A DNA stretch of 63,908 nt, filler included, from Octopus bimaculoides (Eukaryota): the NCBI RefSeq assembly GCF_001194135.2. It is 9 parts of 9 records of this genome, joined end to end, with 100 filler letters (N's around TTAATTAATTAA, not from the genome) between each part and the next. Parts side by side here need not be neighbours in the genome. Positions count along the whole stretch, not along the records: positions 62,892 to 63,908 come from NC_068996.1; 8 more parts are not named here. One strand, written 5' to 3'. The notes under the pieces were generated by a model. That model worked only from the letters and a program-made list of their open reading frames with translations. It searched no databases and was not told the DNA's origin. Of the stretch, positions 63,191-63,908 are shown in pieces. Within the stretch, counting starts at the first letter, position 1. The number at the start of each line of letters is the position of its first letter. Position numbers and translations under genes: made by a program.

Positions 63191-63908
63191 TATGACTACG
63201 TTACACATGAAAACTAGTAACATGTAGTATCTGTGACCGGATTTTTATTTTTAAATTTGAACTATGTTTCAATTCTTTTTTTTTTTTTTGTCAGGAAACT
63301 CATGAATTTAGGAAACAAAAATCTCATTTGGAAAATAATCAGTAAATGTTATACAATCGCAATCATTTATCTTTCAAAATAATACCAATTCTAAACTTTC
63401 TGTTTTTATGGTAAGGCGGGTATATTGAACGATTCATTTTTTTTCTTGAGATTTACTGAATGTTTGTTTATTTATTTTTCTATAAGGGATGACTATTGCA
63501 TGGAGCCAAGACAGAATCCCTACATAGTTGCTTGACCTACCAGAAATAACGGCTAAATCTCCCTCACGTTACATGTTTATTTTTATGTTAAGTTTTAATA
63601 AAATCAATTTTACATTAAACTGAAGGTTTACTCAGTATACTTTGTAGGATTGTAGAACACAAATTTATTATTCATTAACAAGACTAGTATTGACTGTGAC
63701 TTCGAAATTTCCGTCAGCTAAGTCAACATGGACATTCGTTTAGCTGGTCGAAACTATCACCGACAAAACTCTTCTTCTTAAAGGATAAGCTCGAAACGTC
63801 AAAGACTTTCCGTATTCCCGAGCGTCATACTAATATATACTTTTGTTATTTACACCACCTGTCCTCGTCTGTTGTTATTATTTGTATATTCTCCCAAATA
63901 TATATATA

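Overview
AT-rich eukaryotic genomic DNA, dense in microsatellites and broken by many scaffold gaps, several marked with a TTAATTAATTAA spacer. The repeat families (tRNA-derived SINEs, RTE LINE 3' ends with (GAT)n tails) suggest an octopus genome; this is inferred from memory, not from a search. Almost the whole window is intronic or intergenic and made of decayed mobile elements: Ty3/Gypsy LTR elements (a Ser-PBS gag remnant, a two-LTR Trp-PBS CsRn1-like element, two solo LTRs), Penelope-like elements, CR1, RTE and R4/Dong-like LINE fragments, Tc1/mariner, piggyBac, hAT, Merlin-like and Helitron-like elements, and three SINE families. The only host coding sequence I can support is two spliced + strand exons (58997-59130, 60378-60510) encoding the converter and IQ neck of an unconventional myosin most like MYO19; the ORF track largely misses them. 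The most unusual signals are a Penelope-like remnant with a Ulp1/C48-type cysteine protease in frame with the PLE N-terminus, minimal hammerhead-like motifs with a non-canonical core, a Merlin-like MITE sharing its subterminal module with a piggyBac remnant, and several unexplained hairpins. All family assignments come from motif recognition by eye and coordinates of decayed elements are approximate.
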